From: a virus
Lineage: Duplodnaviria > Caudoviricetes
Virus record (IMG/VR): IMGVR_UViG_3300021431_000122
Span: 4,380 to 68,379 of that record
Direction: 5' to 3' (one strand)
DNA length: 64,000 bases
Shown: one piece after another, positions 47,792 through 58,383 of the stretch
Layout: each line of letters begins with the position of its first letter
Position numbering within the stretch: position 1 is the first letter of the stretch
Made by a program: the position numbers and the translations under genes
The notes under the pieces: model-generated
Told to the model about the DNA's origin: nothing
What the model saw: only the letters and a program-made list of their open reading frames with translations
The model's database searches: none

Positions 47792-50700
47792 TTGAGTAGC
47801 ACATCTTATGGAAGTATTACTGTGTCCAATCTACGCAGTATTACTAATGTCGTAAATTATTATCTTGCGACATCTGAATCAAGTGGTGTTACCAAAAGCA
47901 CCGATGGTTGGACTACAGGAATTCAAACAATGACATCCACGAATCAGTATTTGTGGAATTATGAAGAAACTATCCTTGGGGATGGTACTGTCCTTTCCAG
48001 TACATCCCCTATTATTATAGGCAGATATGGGCAAAATGGTGGAACTGGTAGAGGCATCGCACAAATTCAAGAACATTATCTTGCAATATCTGCATCAAGC
48101 GGAGTAACAACTAGCACTTCTGGTTGGAAGGATACGGTTCAAGCCACAACTTCAACCAACAGGTATTTGTGGAATTATGAAACAATAACGTGGACTTCTG
48201 GAACTCCGCTTACAACTGATACTGATCCACGAATTATAGGAACTCATGGGTTAGATGGTCGCACATATTCTATTGAATTCTCCAACAGTTCAATAAAACA
48301 GGATGCAGGTGGAACATTTACGCCATCGACCGTGACGGTTACAGCTTATTATCGTGATGGGACAAGTACTCGCCAGACATATGCGGGGCGCATTCATGTT
48401 GTTGGCAATAAGAGTGACGGCTCAATGGTCGTGATACAAAACGCTTCAAGTGCAACGAACAAAGCGACATATACTCTTACACCAAACGCGACATATGTCA
48501 GCTACACGATTAGTCTGTATGCGGCTGGTGGAGCAACAACCCTGCTTGCAATTGAAACTTTGCCAATAGTTAGTGATGGTACTTCTGTTACAAGCGTCAC
48601 CACTTCCAAGAGCGGTGATGAAACTACAATTACCATCTCAATGTCTGATGGAACGTCAAAACAATTTAAAGTTAAAGATGGTGGCAAGGGTGATACCGGA
48701 GCAACCGCACAATGGTATTACGGTGATAAGCTGTCTCATACCTCTGGATCAGTAACTAAAACAACAAGTGACACCGCAACTCCAGACGCAGTTGTTGGGT
48801 CGATGTATCTTAATCCAAACACCAGTCTATGCTATAGATGTACCGCAGTTAATGGTTCAAATGCTACATGGACATATGCGGGAGATCTGACCACTGGAGT
48901 TATTAATAATATTGAGGTTGGTGGGAGAAATCTATTACGCAACACTTCAATTTCAAGAACAGAAAAAGCTACGCAATATGGTGCATGGAATATTCTTAAA
49001 CCAACTTATTCAAACCCATACCTTCTTGATCTAGAAGAGGGTGAATATGTGTTTAGTTTCGACTGGGAAGCGGATACTGCCTTACCGGGTTCATTTTATG
49101 TTTGGGTCGGCTATGGAAATGCCAGTGGTGATGGTGCAGCTCAAATGCCCGATTCTGATCATGGCGGATCCTGGGGCGAAGGCGAAACTTCTGGACATGT
49201 TGTGCGTAAATTTATATGGCCAAATAAAAATGATACTTATCCATATTTTGCATGTAGACCATTTAGAGATTCAATAAGTACGGGTAATAAACTTGCAGGA
49301 ATAACATTTACCATTATGAATGCAAAACTTGAGAAGGGCAACATCCCAACAGATTGGACGCCCGCCCCAGAGGATTTAGAATCATCTATTTCATCTGTTA
49401 ACACAACACTAGCTAATTATATAAGTACAAATGATGCGGCGCTTGCCGCAGTAAAAGACCAAGCCGATAAATCATTTGATACTTGGTTTTATTCTGGGCA
49501 ACCAACAGCGAGCAACGCACCCGCCAACACATGGACTGATAACGCAACTAAAGCATTACATGTTGGTGACATGTATTATGATACTGCAACTGGTAAAGCA
49601 TACACCTATAACTCTAACTATCAATGGGTTGCTCAAAGCAGCTCTAATATTGCGTCTACCGATGCAATCACGGCGGCTCAAACTTTAGCAAACAGTAAAA
49701 TTAAAACATATGCGGTTGCCGCTAAACCAACTTCTGGAATGAGTTCTGGAGATCTTTGGATTGATACTGATGATAATAATCGGATGTATAGATACAATGG
49801 ATCAACTTGGGTTGATGTTCAAACTGAAATAAATGTTGGTGGAAGAAACCTGATTAAGCGAACCGACTACAGCGTTTACGGCAACAGTGACCATTACAAC
49901 AATGTCAACAAAGCAACATTCGTGAATGATCGCGTGACCATACAATACGGTAGCGAGGTTTACTTCAAAAATTATGCTCAGAATAAACTCAATGAGATTA
50001 TTCCATCTGGTACAGAACTCGTCGGCACGATCCCTGTTTACAGTCAAACAATTGCAGATGGTAATCATAGGGTTTACGTATCTCCTATGAATGAAAATGC
50101 GGCAGTGAGCTGGATTGACATTGTTAATATTCCAACTGGTTATACAGGAATGCTCACGTGGACATACACGACAACGATGGATACTTATGGATTTGTTCTT
50201 GATTTCGATACGCGAAACTCCACAAGTGGCGATATGGTGCTCGGACGCATTAAGCTCGAACGCGGTAACACCCCTACAGACTGGTCTCCCGCCCCCGAGG
50301 ATACCGAGGCGGCAATTGCTAATCTTACCGAGTTAACAAACAGTCTCCAGAATCAAATTGATTCCAAAATTGAAACATGGACACAAGTTGCAGATCCCGC
50401 AACGAGTTGGAACACAGATGTATTAAAAGAATCTCATGTTGGTGACCTGTGGTACTACATTGGAAACACAACAACCAATCCTAGTCGAAAGAATAATAGT
50501 ACATATAAATATACTTTATCTAATGGTACTTACTCATGGGTCAAGTATGTCAGCGGTACAGACATGACTGGCATATTTGACAAGATTGATGGTAAATCTA
50601 CTATCTTCTACGGGACAACTAGCGGAACATATACTGGTGTTCAAGTTGGTGATTATCTGGTTGATAGCACTGATGGTAGCACATATAGATATTTTGGAAG

Positions 50701-51223
50701 CTCATGGGTAAAGGTAACCGACTATAAAACTGGTATTGATGAAGCAAAACAGGATGTTGTAGATCTTGATGAATCACTTAATGATCCAGAAAATGTTTTC
50801 AATAGACTCACAAACAATGGTCAGATAAAAGGAATAAACCTTGAAAATGGTGGTCTGTATATAAATGCAGATTATATTAATACTGGTCAGTTTACTGTTA
50901 CAGATGACGATACACATAAAGAAATATTCCGTGTTGGTAATGGCGAAGTTTTTATTAAAGCGTTAAGTGATCTTGGTGCATGGTTTGATTTTAGCGGTGA
51001 TGGATTAATTATTGGGAAAAATAATTCAAAGATAACACTACATCTCACTAATAGGGAAATGGGATTTTATGAAGGAGATAACAAAATTGCCTATATTAAT
51101 GACAATAAATTATGCATAAACAGTGCAGAAGTTAAAGCTAAAGATAATGGATATCTTATGCTTGGCGACTTTGCATTTATACCACAATCAAACGGCAACC
51201 TGTCGTTTAGAAAGGTGAAGTGA
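47792..51223 (+). CDS. Tail fibre/adhesin with duplicated modules and two CBM-like cassettes (TTG start)
   Basis: Two YLWNYE repeats; two GGRNL...KLE.GN.PTDW.PAPED cassettes. Confidence 0.7.
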   Translation: MSSTSYGSITVSNLRSITNVVNYYLATSESSGVTKSTDGWTTGIQTMTSTNQYLWNYEETILGDGTVLSSTSPIIIGRYGQNGGTGRGIAQIQEHYLAISASSGVTTSTSGWKDTVQATTSTNRYLWNYETITWTSGTPLTTDTDPRIIGTHGLDGRTYSIEFSNSSIKQDAGGTFTPSTVTVTAYYRDGTSTRQTYAGRIHVVGNKSDGSMVVIQNASSATNKATYTLTPNATYVSYTISLYAAGGATTLLAIETLPIVSDGTSVTSVTTSKSGDETTITISMSDGTSKQFKVKDGGKGDTGATAQWYYGDKLSHTSGSVTKTTSDTATPDAVVGSMYLNPNTSLCYRCTAVNGSNATWTYAGDLTTGVINNIEVGGRNLLRNTSISRTEKATQYGAWNILKPTYSNPYLLDLEEGEYVFSFDWEADTALPGSFYVWVGYGNASGDGAAQMPDSDHGGSWGEGETSGHVVRKFIWPNKNDTYPYFACRPFRDSISTGNKLAGITFTIMNAKLEKGNIPTDWTPAPEDLESSISSVNTTLANYISTNDAALAAVKDQADKSFDTWFYSGQPTASNAPANTWTDNATKALHVGDMYYDTATGKAYTYNSNYQWVAQSSSNIASTDAITAAQTLANSKIKTYAVAAKPTSGMSSGDLWIDTDDNNRMYRYNGSTWVDVQTEINVGGRNLIKRTDYSVYGNSDHYNNVNKATFVNDRVTIQYGSEVYFKNYAQNKLNEIIPSGTELVGTIPVYSQTIADGNHRVYVSPMNENAAVSWIDIVNIPTGYTGMLTWTYTTTMDTYGFVLDFDTRNSTSGDMVLGRIKLERGNTPTDWSPAPEDTEAAIANLTELTNSLQNQIDSKIETWTQVADPATSWNTDVLKESHVGDLWYYIGNTTTNPSRKNNSTYKYTLSNGTYSWVKYVSGTDMTGIFDKIDGKSTIFYGTTSGTYTGVQVGDYLVDSTDGSTYRYFGSSWVKVTDYKTGIDEAKQDVVDLDESLNDPENVFNRLTNNGQIKGINLENGGLYINADYINTGQFTVTDDDTHKEIFRVGNGEVFIKALSDLGAWFDFSGDGLIIGKNNSKITLHLTNREMGFYEGDNKIAYINDNKLCINSAEVKAKDNGYLMLGDFAFIPQSNGNLSFRKVK

Positions 51224-53031
51224 TGACTTTAAATGACAATAATGTAACATTTACACATTTTGATACAACTGATTATTCAGATGATGCGGGTGGCAATTAT
51301 TTAAGTGGAAAAAGTAAGGTAGCTTTTTGTGCGGCAATTAAACCCGATACAACCAATACAACTGTAAATGCATACCGTATGCGAATAGAGTTTCCAAATA
51401 CAACTTCATACGAAACTGGACATAGCCGCAATATTCTTTCGTTTACTGGCAATACGAAAAAAGCTGGAAAATATGATTATGAATGGAGAGTAACAAATGG
51501 ATCTGGAACCATTGAAACAACAACAGATTATCCAGATGCTAATAATATTCCAACAACTGCTTTTAATTTTATAACCACAAAAGAGGATAGCGCTTATACA
51601 ATTACAAATTTTCAGATTAAAATTAGACAATATATTAAAGCAAGACATAATAATTTCAGGTTTACAGCATTAGTTAAAGGTGTGGCTAATACAAAATATC
51701 ACATTTATATTTCAGCTTTTGGTGGTGGCGCAGTTGTACAACGGGATATTACAGCAACTGGAAATTGGCAAAATATCGACATTCCGATTTCTAATGTTTC
51801 CAAAGGTGAAACTCCTTATGGATTTCTTATTGCTATACACCCATCGACAAGCACTTCAACACTTACAATGATTAAGCCAATGCTTGCTGTTGACGGGGCA
51901 TTTTCCAACACATATACATGGTGTCCGAATGCTTATGATAATTATTTTAATTATCCTAGTGATGCTACATGGACTAGCAATGCATATAATATCGAAACAA
52001 GAACTGCATATTTAGATGGCATCGATAATACTTTTGTGCCTGTTATTGGAAATACTGCTGCATCGGGATTGTATGGCATAACAGTTCATATTGATTATTT
52101 TGGAAGCACTGATGGAAAATACGATGACACGTTTGATGTAATGCCAAAAGTAAATGTGTCGGCTTATGATGTGCCGCAAATAACAAATGGAACTTCAGTT
52201 ATTTATCGTTCTAATTCCAGTGGAGTCATAGACACTGGTGGTGATTATTTTTCTTTTGAAGCAGAAATATTAGCATTTCCAATTAATATTTCGTCACCAA
52301 AATCAACTTCATTTAGAGTTAGATATAGACCTTATGGATCAACTAACGAAATGACTGTTGCGGGTACTTCAAACATTGCATCAACAACGGCACAGACATT
52401 AAAAATAACTTCAAGTTCAACAATAAGCGGTGATACATCTTATGAGGCGGTTCTTGAATATAAAGATTTTTACATGTCGGATTATGCTACGCTCAACACT
52501 TTTATAGTTCCTAGCTCATTTGCTCTTATTGACTATCATTATAGCGGAAAAGGTATTTCATTCGGTAGGGTTGCTACAAAAGAAATTGTTGAACAATGCG
52601 AAGATGGCGCAATAGATATGAATCTTCCAATATATTATTCGGATTCAGCCTTTAATGCCACGCATGATGCAAGCATTAATCAAATGATTAAACAAGTATC
52701 TGTTTCTCACGTTTCTACCTTGCCAACAGGGATTAGTTCACTCGGCAATCCTCAAGTTATCCGATGTGGACAAGTCGTGACTGTTCAATTTGAATTTACT
52801 CTTTCAGCAACTTTATCCAACTGGACAGAAATTGTATCATCTGGTGGCATGCCCATGCCATTTGGGGCATATCCGATTGTAACAACCGCAGGAAACTGGG
52901 GTACGACAGTTCTTAGAGGATGCAGGGTGTCGCTTGGAACAAATGGAAATCTTCAGTTGAGATATGGTGCGGCAGGAACATACCGTGCGCAGTTTACTTA
53001 TATAACTAAAGACCCGTTAACAACAAGTTAA
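51223..53031 (+). CDS. Minor tail/baseplate protein with CBM-like N-terminal part
   Basis: Beta-rich; ID..YSGKGISFG motif near the C-terminal third. Confidence 0.55.
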   Translation: MTLNDNNVTFTHFDTTDYSDDAGGNYLSGKSKVAFCAAIKPDTTNTTVNAYRMRIEFPNTTSYETGHSRNILSFTGNTKKAGKYDYEWRVTNGSGTIETTTDYPDANNIPTTAFNFITTKEDSAYTITNFQIKIRQYIKARHNNFRFTALVKGVANTKYHIYISAFGGGAVVQRDITATGNWQNIDIPISNVSKGETPYGFLIAIHPSTSTSTLTMIKPMLAVDGAFSNTYTWCPNAYDNYFNYPSDATWTSNAYNIETRTAYLDGIDNTFVPVIGNTAASGLYGITVHIDYFGSTDGKYDDTFDVMPKVNVSAYDVPQITNGTSVIYRSNSSGVIDTGGDYFSFEAEILAFPINISSPKSTSFRVRYRPYGSTNEMTVAGTSNIASTTAQTLKITSSSTISGDTSYEAVLEYKDFYMSDYATLNTFIVPSSFALIDYHYSGKGISFGRVATKEIVEQCEDGAIDMNLPIYYSDSAFNATHDASINQMIKQVSVSHVSTLPTGISSLGNPQVIRCGQVVTVQFEFTLSATLSNWTEIVSSGGMPMPFGAYPIVTTAGNWGTTVLRGCRVSLGTNGNLQLRYGAAGTYRAQFTYITKDPLTTS

Positions 53032-53043
53032 GGAGACTTAAAC

Positions 53044-53418
53044 ATGATTAAATTTATTATTGGTGATGGCGAGGTTGTCGAAGTCAATGACTCCTCTTCT
53101 GTCACATCAGTAAGTATTACATATGAGAACTTTGAAGACATTGAGCCGATGATTCAGAGATTTATCAACGGCGACTTTGAAACAATCACAGTCATGGATG
53201 AGACACAGACAATCACTTATGGAGTCTGGAATAATCTTATCTATGACCATGCATTTATTGGCACTAATCGTGACGGCACATATGAGGCTAAGTTTATTCA
53301 GCGTGAGCTGACCGAAGCTGATGCTCTCAGAAAACGTGTTGCAGAGCTTGAATCTCAAGTTGAAGCAAGTACTGATTATGTAACCGCAGCAAAGGTTATG
53401 CTTGGTGAGGAGGAGTAA
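53044..53418 (+). CDS. Hypothetical protein (fibre-associated)
   Basis: C-terminal short coiled coil. Confidence 0.6.
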   Translation: MIKFIIGDGEVVEVNDSSSVTSVSITYENFEDIEPMIQRFINGDFETITVMDETQTITYGVWNNLIYDHAFIGTNRDGTYEAKFIQRELTEADALRKRVAELESQVEASTDYVTAAKVMLGEEE

Positions 53419-53419
53419 T

Positions 53420-53839
53420 ATGTCTGAAATTGTTGAAAGAGCGAGAGAACTTCGCTCGGTAATTGAGGAGCTTGCAGTAAACCTTGATGACGAGAAGGCA
53501 CTGGACTCCAAGGAACTTTTTCCGTATTGGAATGCGGAGGCCGCATATGAGGTTGGTGCAAGAGTGCGCTTTGAAGATACACTGTATAAGTGCTTACAGG
53601 CACATCAGGCACAGGCCGACTGGACACCGACTGCCGCACCGTCTCTGTGGGCAAAGGTACTTATTCCAGATCCCGAAGTTGTTCCGGTTTGGGAGCAACC
53701 CGACTCCACCAATCCGTACATGAAGGGCGACAGGGTACACTATCCCACCGCAGATGACCCGATTTACGAATCGCTGATTGATAATAACACTTGGTCACCC
53801 GAAGCGTATCCTGCTGGATGGCAAGTAGTAACTGAATAA
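53420..53839 (+). CDS. Protein with two CBM5/12-like carbohydrate-binding repeats
   Basis: W...AY.VG.RV....LYKCLQAH..Q.DW.P...PSLW; second repeat Y.KGDRV...YESLIDNN.WSP..YP.GW. Confidence 0.75.
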   Translation: MSEIVERARELRSVIEELAVNLDDEKALDSKELFPYWNAEAAYEVGARVRFEDTLYKCLQAHQAQADWTPTAAPSLWAKVLIPDPEVVPVWEQPDSTNPYMKGDRVHYPTADDPIYESLIDNNTWSPEAYPAGWQVVTE

Positions 53840-53847
53840 TATATATC

Positions 53848-53880
53848 CAAGGCTGTTGCATTTCACATGTGACAGCCTTG
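53848..53880 (+). terminator. Intergenic hairpin
   Basis: caaggctgttgca-tttcaca-tgtgacagccttg; no clear U-tract. Confidence 0.4.
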
Positions 53881-53899
53881 ATAGTTTGGAGGTGAAGTG

Positions 53900-54235
53900 A
53901 TGGCGTGTTATAAAAACAACACAGACTCAATATTGCAAGGGACTACCCCACAATTAGCAATTGAGATTGATCCAGAGGACTTTGCAGTAAGTGATGTCAC
54001 TGCACTCGAACTAAGGCTCAAGCATCGTGGGAAGGTCACCATATATAGTCTCGACAATGTTGAAGTTGACACTGAGACGAACACTTTTATCAAGACGTTT
54101 ACCGAGGAAGAAACAATGGCGTTGAGTCCGAAGAATTCCATCGTTGGACAGTGCCGCTTTTGGTTCCGTGACGGTGGTGTTGTTGGTACGAATAAGTTCG
54201 TCTTCAATGTTGATGAACTTCAGAAAGAGGATTAA
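53900..54235 (+). CDS. Small beta-rich protein (BppU-N-like)
   Basis: QGTTP.....I; TFTEEET..L; GQCRF. Confidence 0.5.
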   Translation: MACYKNNTDSILQGTTPQLAIEIDPEDFAVSDVTALELRLKHRGKVTIYSLDNVEVDTETNTFIKTFTEEETMALSPKNSIVGQCRFWFRDGGVVGTNKFVFNVDELQKED

Positions 54236-54237
54236 TT

Positions 54238-54498
54238 ATGGCTGAATACAGAACGATTACTGTCTCTCCCACTCTCAAGAATAATAAGATAAACGTGAAG
54301 GCATCGCTGACCAATAATCGGGTGAACGTGAAGGCATCACTTCTCACGCCCATCCGATACAATGCGGTGAATGATTACGAACTGCTTGACAATAAACCTC
54401 AGATTGAGGGAGTGACACTGGTTGGAAACAAGACGTTTCCAGAATTAAATCTTGATGTTATCTCCAACACGGAGTTGGAGGAAATATTTTCATTTTAA
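54238..54498 (+). CDS. Hypothetical fibre-associated protein
   Basis: DYELLDNKPQIEGVTLVGNKT motif. Confidence 0.6.
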   Translation: MAEYRTITVSPTLKNNKINVKASLTNNRVNVKASLLTPIRYNAVNDYELLDNKPQIEGVTLVGNKTFPELNLDVISNTELEEIFSF

Positions 54499-54513
54499 TA
54501 AGGAGACAAAATT

Positions 54514-55617
54514 ATGGCAAAATCATATCTGGATAAAGACGGTTTGCTCTATGTGTGGCAAAAAATCAAAACACTTTTCGCAACCAAGTCTGAGCTTCAG
54601 ACTGTTGAGGGAAAAATTCCCACGAAGCAGAGCGACCTTAATAATGATGACTATACCGTAAAAGATTCTGAATATACAACTTACAAGGGTAAGATTGACA
54701 CCCTTGAGGAGAAGGTTGACAACATTGTCAGCGAGGGCGGTCAGCCCAACGTGATTGAGACCGTCAAGGTTAATGGCACTGCTCTTACACCCGATGCACA
54801 GAAGGCTGTCAATGTAACTGTTGCACAGGGTTCTGCCAACGGCACACTCTCTGTCAATGGTACTGATGTTGCAGTGAAAGGTCTTGACTCTGCGGCATAT
54901 ACAAAATCGACAGACTATGATCCTGCGGGAGCGGCTGATGCTGTCCTCGGTAAGTCTACCGACTCCTCTTCTACTCCCACTGTTTACGGTGCGATTAAGA
55001 AGGCTGAAGAGGCGGCAAGTTCTGCTAACGTTACTCAGACTGTGAAGTCTGGTACTGAGATTGCAACGGTTGGCACAACCAAGATTTACGCTCCGACAGT
55101 CAACAATGCAACTCTGACTATTCAGAAGAATGGCACGGATGTCGCAACATTTACTGCCAACTCTTCTACTGCGGCAACGGCGAACATCTCTGTTCCAACT
55201 GCTGTCAGCGAACTGACAAATGATTCAAAATATCAGACCGATGCAAACGTCAAGACCACGGTAGAAAGCTATGGTTATCAGACGGATGCCAACGTTAAGA
55301 GTACTATAGAAAGTTATGGGTATCAAACTGCAAGCGATGTCAGCAATGCAATCACTACCGCTGTTTCCACACTTTACGACTATAAGGGGACGGTTGCTAA
55401 CTATGCCGCTCTGCCGAAGTCTGGTCAGAAGACTGGTGATACTTATAACGTGACCGCCGCTGATGCCACTCACGGCATTAAGGCAGGAGACAACGTGACT
55501 TGGAATGGCTCTGACTGGGATGTTCTGTCGGGAGCGGTTGATCTCAGTGGATATGTACAGACGAGTGATCTTGCAAGCATTACGAATGCGGAGATTGACA
55601 CAATCACTGCATCATAA
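54514..55617 (+). CDS. Fibre-like virion protein
   Basis: N-terminal YLDKDGL..VWQKIK; 15-aa tandem repeat YQTDANVK.T.ESYG; C-terminal ITNAEID. Confidence 0.65.
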   Translation: MAKSYLDKDGLLYVWQKIKTLFATKSELQTVEGKIPTKQSDLNNDDYTVKDSEYTTYKGKIDTLEEKVDNIVSEGGQPNVIETVKVNGTALTPDAQKAVNVTVAQGSANGTLSVNGTDVAVKGLDSAAYTKSTDYDPAGAADAVLGKSTDSSSTPTVYGAIKKAEEAASSANVTQTVKSGTEIATVGTTKIYAPTVNNATLTIQKNGTDVATFTANSSTAATANISVPTAVSELTNDSKYQTDANVKTTVESYGYQTDANVKSTIESYGYQTASDVSNAITTAVSTLYDYKGTVANYAALPKSGQKTGDTYNVTAADATHGIKAGDNVTWNGSDWDVLSGAVDLSGYVQTSDLASITNAEIDTITAS

Positions 55618-55636
55618 AAAGGGAGGTGTGTGCTAG

Positions 55637-56032
55637 ATGGCAACATCTTACTTGGACAAGACAGGTCTGGAGCATCTGTGGGGGAAGATAAAAAGTTCTG
55701 ACGACACAAAGGTTGACAAAAACCAAGGGTCTGCAAATGCTGACAAATATCTTGGCACTGACTCTACCGGAGTGGTGACGCTTCGTGACGGGTATGACCT
55801 TCCCATTGCTACTCCGTCAACTCTTGGTGGCGTGAAGCCCATTGCGAAGACTGCTGACATGACGCAAGCGGTTGGCGTGGATGAGAACGGCCTGCTATAC
55901 ACCGAAATTCCTCAACCCGAAGATGATGAGAATGTTTTAAATCTATTGACAGAATTTAACTTTGCTGCACCAGTTGCGGATGCGGATGGCAATGTAGTAA
56001 CTGATGCTGACAACAATATTATTTTAGGATAA
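55637..56032 (+). CDS. Fibre-like protein
   Basis: N-terminal YLDKTGLEHLWGKIK; LPIAT.STLGGVK repeat type. Confidence 0.65.
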   Translation: MATSYLDKTGLEHLWGKIKSSDDTKVDKNQGSANADKYLGTDSTGVVTLRDGYDLPIATPSTLGGVKPIAKTADMTQAVGVDENGLLYTEIPQPEDDENVLNLLTEFNFAAPVADADGNVVTDADNNIILG

Positions 56033-56044
56033 GGAGGAAACAAC

Positions 56045-56457
56045 ATGAGCGAATTAAATACAGTTACTCTTAGCGAGTTGGCGGTTGTCGACTCCGTACA
56101 AGAAACAGACAAAGTGCTGATTGAAAGCGGCGGCCGCATGAAGCGAGCGAGCGGAGACTTGCTTGGTGGTGGTGGCATTTGCGTCATTGATATGACACTT
56201 CCTGAATACGCAGATAAGGAGAAATAATTAGGATGAAAAATACAGCACTTTATAATAAAGTTTTAGAGGCGATGGATAAAGGACAAATTGTGGTATTTAA
56301 AAATGAACACGGATATGAAATACCTTCTTTAACTTGGAGTACTAGTGGAAGCAGTTTTGTTATTAAAAAGGGTCTAGGTAATATTTATTACGAAGATGGT
56401 GCAACTAATCTTTACGTTCCAACTACATTAACTGCCTCATCATCAGAACCAGTATAA
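56045..56457 (+). pseudogene. Probable single gene split by a 1-nt frameshift (or two small ORFs, 56045-56227 and 56233-56457)
   Basis: Adding one G at gataagga (~56218) gives YADKGEIIRMKNTALY in one frame. Confidence 0.4.
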
Positions 56458-56481
56458 CCCACAGAGAGGATGTGAAAATTT

Positions 56482-58383
56482 ATGGCTTTACCAAAATACA
56501 TAACACTCTCTCATCTCCGCAAAGTCATATCAGCATTTGCTCAACGGTTTGGTGCGGTTGAGGCAGATGTGTCACAGAATAAGACTGATATAGCACAGTT
56601 AAAAACTGAAGTTAAGCAAAGTGATTGGGAAGAATATAATACAGCTAGTTCAAGTTATATATTAAATAAACCTCGTATTTATGCTGGAAGTGGATACAGT
56701 TCAATTGTTGAAGGCGGAGATAATACTGCAACTGAAATTTATTCTCATGCTGAAGGATATAATACAACTGCTTCTGGAGCATATTCACACGCAGAAGGAA
56801 ACAGCACGATTGCATCGGGTAGTAGTTCTCATGCTGAAGGGAGTGGTGAGGCATCTGGCACTTCTTCTCATGCTGAGGGAGGTAGTACAGTCGCTTCTGG
56901 CTACCATTCCCATGCAGAGGGGAGTGGCACGATTGCTTCGGGTGATGGCTCTCACGTAGAGGGTGGTTACGGCACGCTTAATTATACTAATAGACGTATT
57001 TATTTAACTGGGTCAGCTAATGCAACAACTTATACGGTTAATAAAATAGACTCCTCTTGGAGAAGTTTAAAATATTTTTATATTACCGCATCAAAGTATG
57101 GTAATAGTAGAATATACCAAATAACTGATGAAGTTATTGATCAAAGCACTCAAGGAATAACAAGTATTACATTAAATCAGACTTTATCAGAAACTTCTGC
57201 AATATCTAATCAAGTATATTATATTGAATCTGGCAATGTTGCCGCAAATACAAACACCCATGTAGAAGGTGAAAATACAGTTGCTTATGGTAATCACTCT
57301 CATGTTGAAGGAATAAAAACGGCTGCTTCTGGACCATATTCGCATGCAGAAGGGATTAGCGTTTTTGCTAAGTCAACTGGATCTCACGCTGAGGGATATC
57401 ATACGACTACATTAGGGGCATATTCGCATGCAGAAGGAAGCCATACAATAGCATCTGGCGACCATTCTCATGCGGAAGGATACGGTTCAAATGCAACTAA
57501 AAGTCATTCTCATGCTGAAGGATATAGCACGATTGCATCTGGAAGTGGTTCTCATGCGGAAGGTGAAATAACTATTGCGTCTGGCGTCAATCAACATGTT
57601 CAAGGTAAATATAATGTCGAGGATACTTCTAATACTTATGCTGATATCGTAGGTAATGGCACAACCGACTCTGCTCGTTCCAACGCTTACACTCTCGACT
57701 GGAACGGCAATGGTTGGTATGCGGGTAAGCTGACGGTAGGGGCTGGTCCAACGGAGAATATGGATGTCGCAACTAAGCAATATGTGGATGCGGCGACCGC
57801 AGGTGTATCGCCGAATTTGTCTGGTCTAGCGGATACTAATATCGCCAACCCCGCAAATGGACAAGTGCTGAAGTATGATAGTGCAAGTTCTAAGTGGGTA
57901 AATAGTGATATCAGTGGAGTATTATATGTAACTATTACAGGTAATCAGACAGATGGATTTGCAACCACCGCAAATTTTGATGATGTATATACCGCATATC
58001 AAAATGGATATGATATTAAGGCAATTAATGGTACTGAAGTATATAATTTAAGTTTCATTAATTCAGCAGGAATGGGTTTTACTAAAAATAATGCAACCAC
58101 ATTAAAGTCATTATCATGGGTAAAATCAAATAATAAAGTTAGTTATACTGGTTGGAATACTTCTAATATTAAAATATCAACTCTTACTGATACCACCATC
58201 TCCTCTCCCGCAACAGGACAAATACTAACCTATGATGGAACGACCTCAAAATGGGTAAATACCACATCTCCATATATGACAGCTTCGCAAGTGAATGAAC
58301 TTATTGCGACGGCTCTCGCTCAGTATGGCGATGGAGACACAGCATCGTATGGATTTGATGACGCAAGCGAGGTGAGTTATTAA
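56482..58383 (+). CDS. YadA-head-like beta-roll adhesin
   Basis: About 14 SH(A/V)EG 14-aa repeats in two blocks; two L.DT.I..PA.GQ.L.YD...KWVN repeats; ends DDASEVSY. Confidence 0.8.
   Translation: MALPKYITLSHLRKVISAFAQRFGAVEADVSQNKTDIAQLKTEVKQSDWEEYNTASSSYILNKPRIYAGSGYSSIVEGGDNTATEIYSHAEGYNTTASGAYSHAEGNSTIASGSSSHAEGSGEASGTSSHAEGGSTVASGYHSHAEGSGTIASGDGSHVEGGYGTLNYTNRRIYLTGSANATTYTVNKIDSSWRSLKYFYITASKYGNSRIYQITDEVIDQSTQGITSITLNQTLSETSAISNQVYYIESGNVAANTNTHVEGENTVAYGNHSHVEGIKTAASGPYSHAEGISVFAKSTGSHAEGYHTTTLGAYSHAEGSHTIASGDHSHAEGYGSNATKSHSHAEGYSTIASGSGSHAEGEITIASGVNQHVQGKYNVEDTSNTYADIVGNGTTDSARSNAYTLDWNGNGWYAGKLTVGAGPTENMDVATKQYVDAATAGVSPNLSGLADTNIANPANGQVLKYDSASSKWVNSDISGVLYVTITGNQTDGFATTANFDDVYTAYQNGYDIKAINGTEVYNLSFINSAGMGFTKNNATTLKSLSWVKSNNKVSYTGWNTSNIKISTLTDTTISSPATGQILTYDGTTSKWVNTTSPYMTASQVNELIATALAQYGDGDTASYGFDDASEVSY

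Noticed and set aside
56700-57600. CRISPR-like or DNA tandem array
   Set aside because: The periodicity comes from in-frame 14-aa protein repeats with synonymous divergence; there is no repeat-spacer structure.
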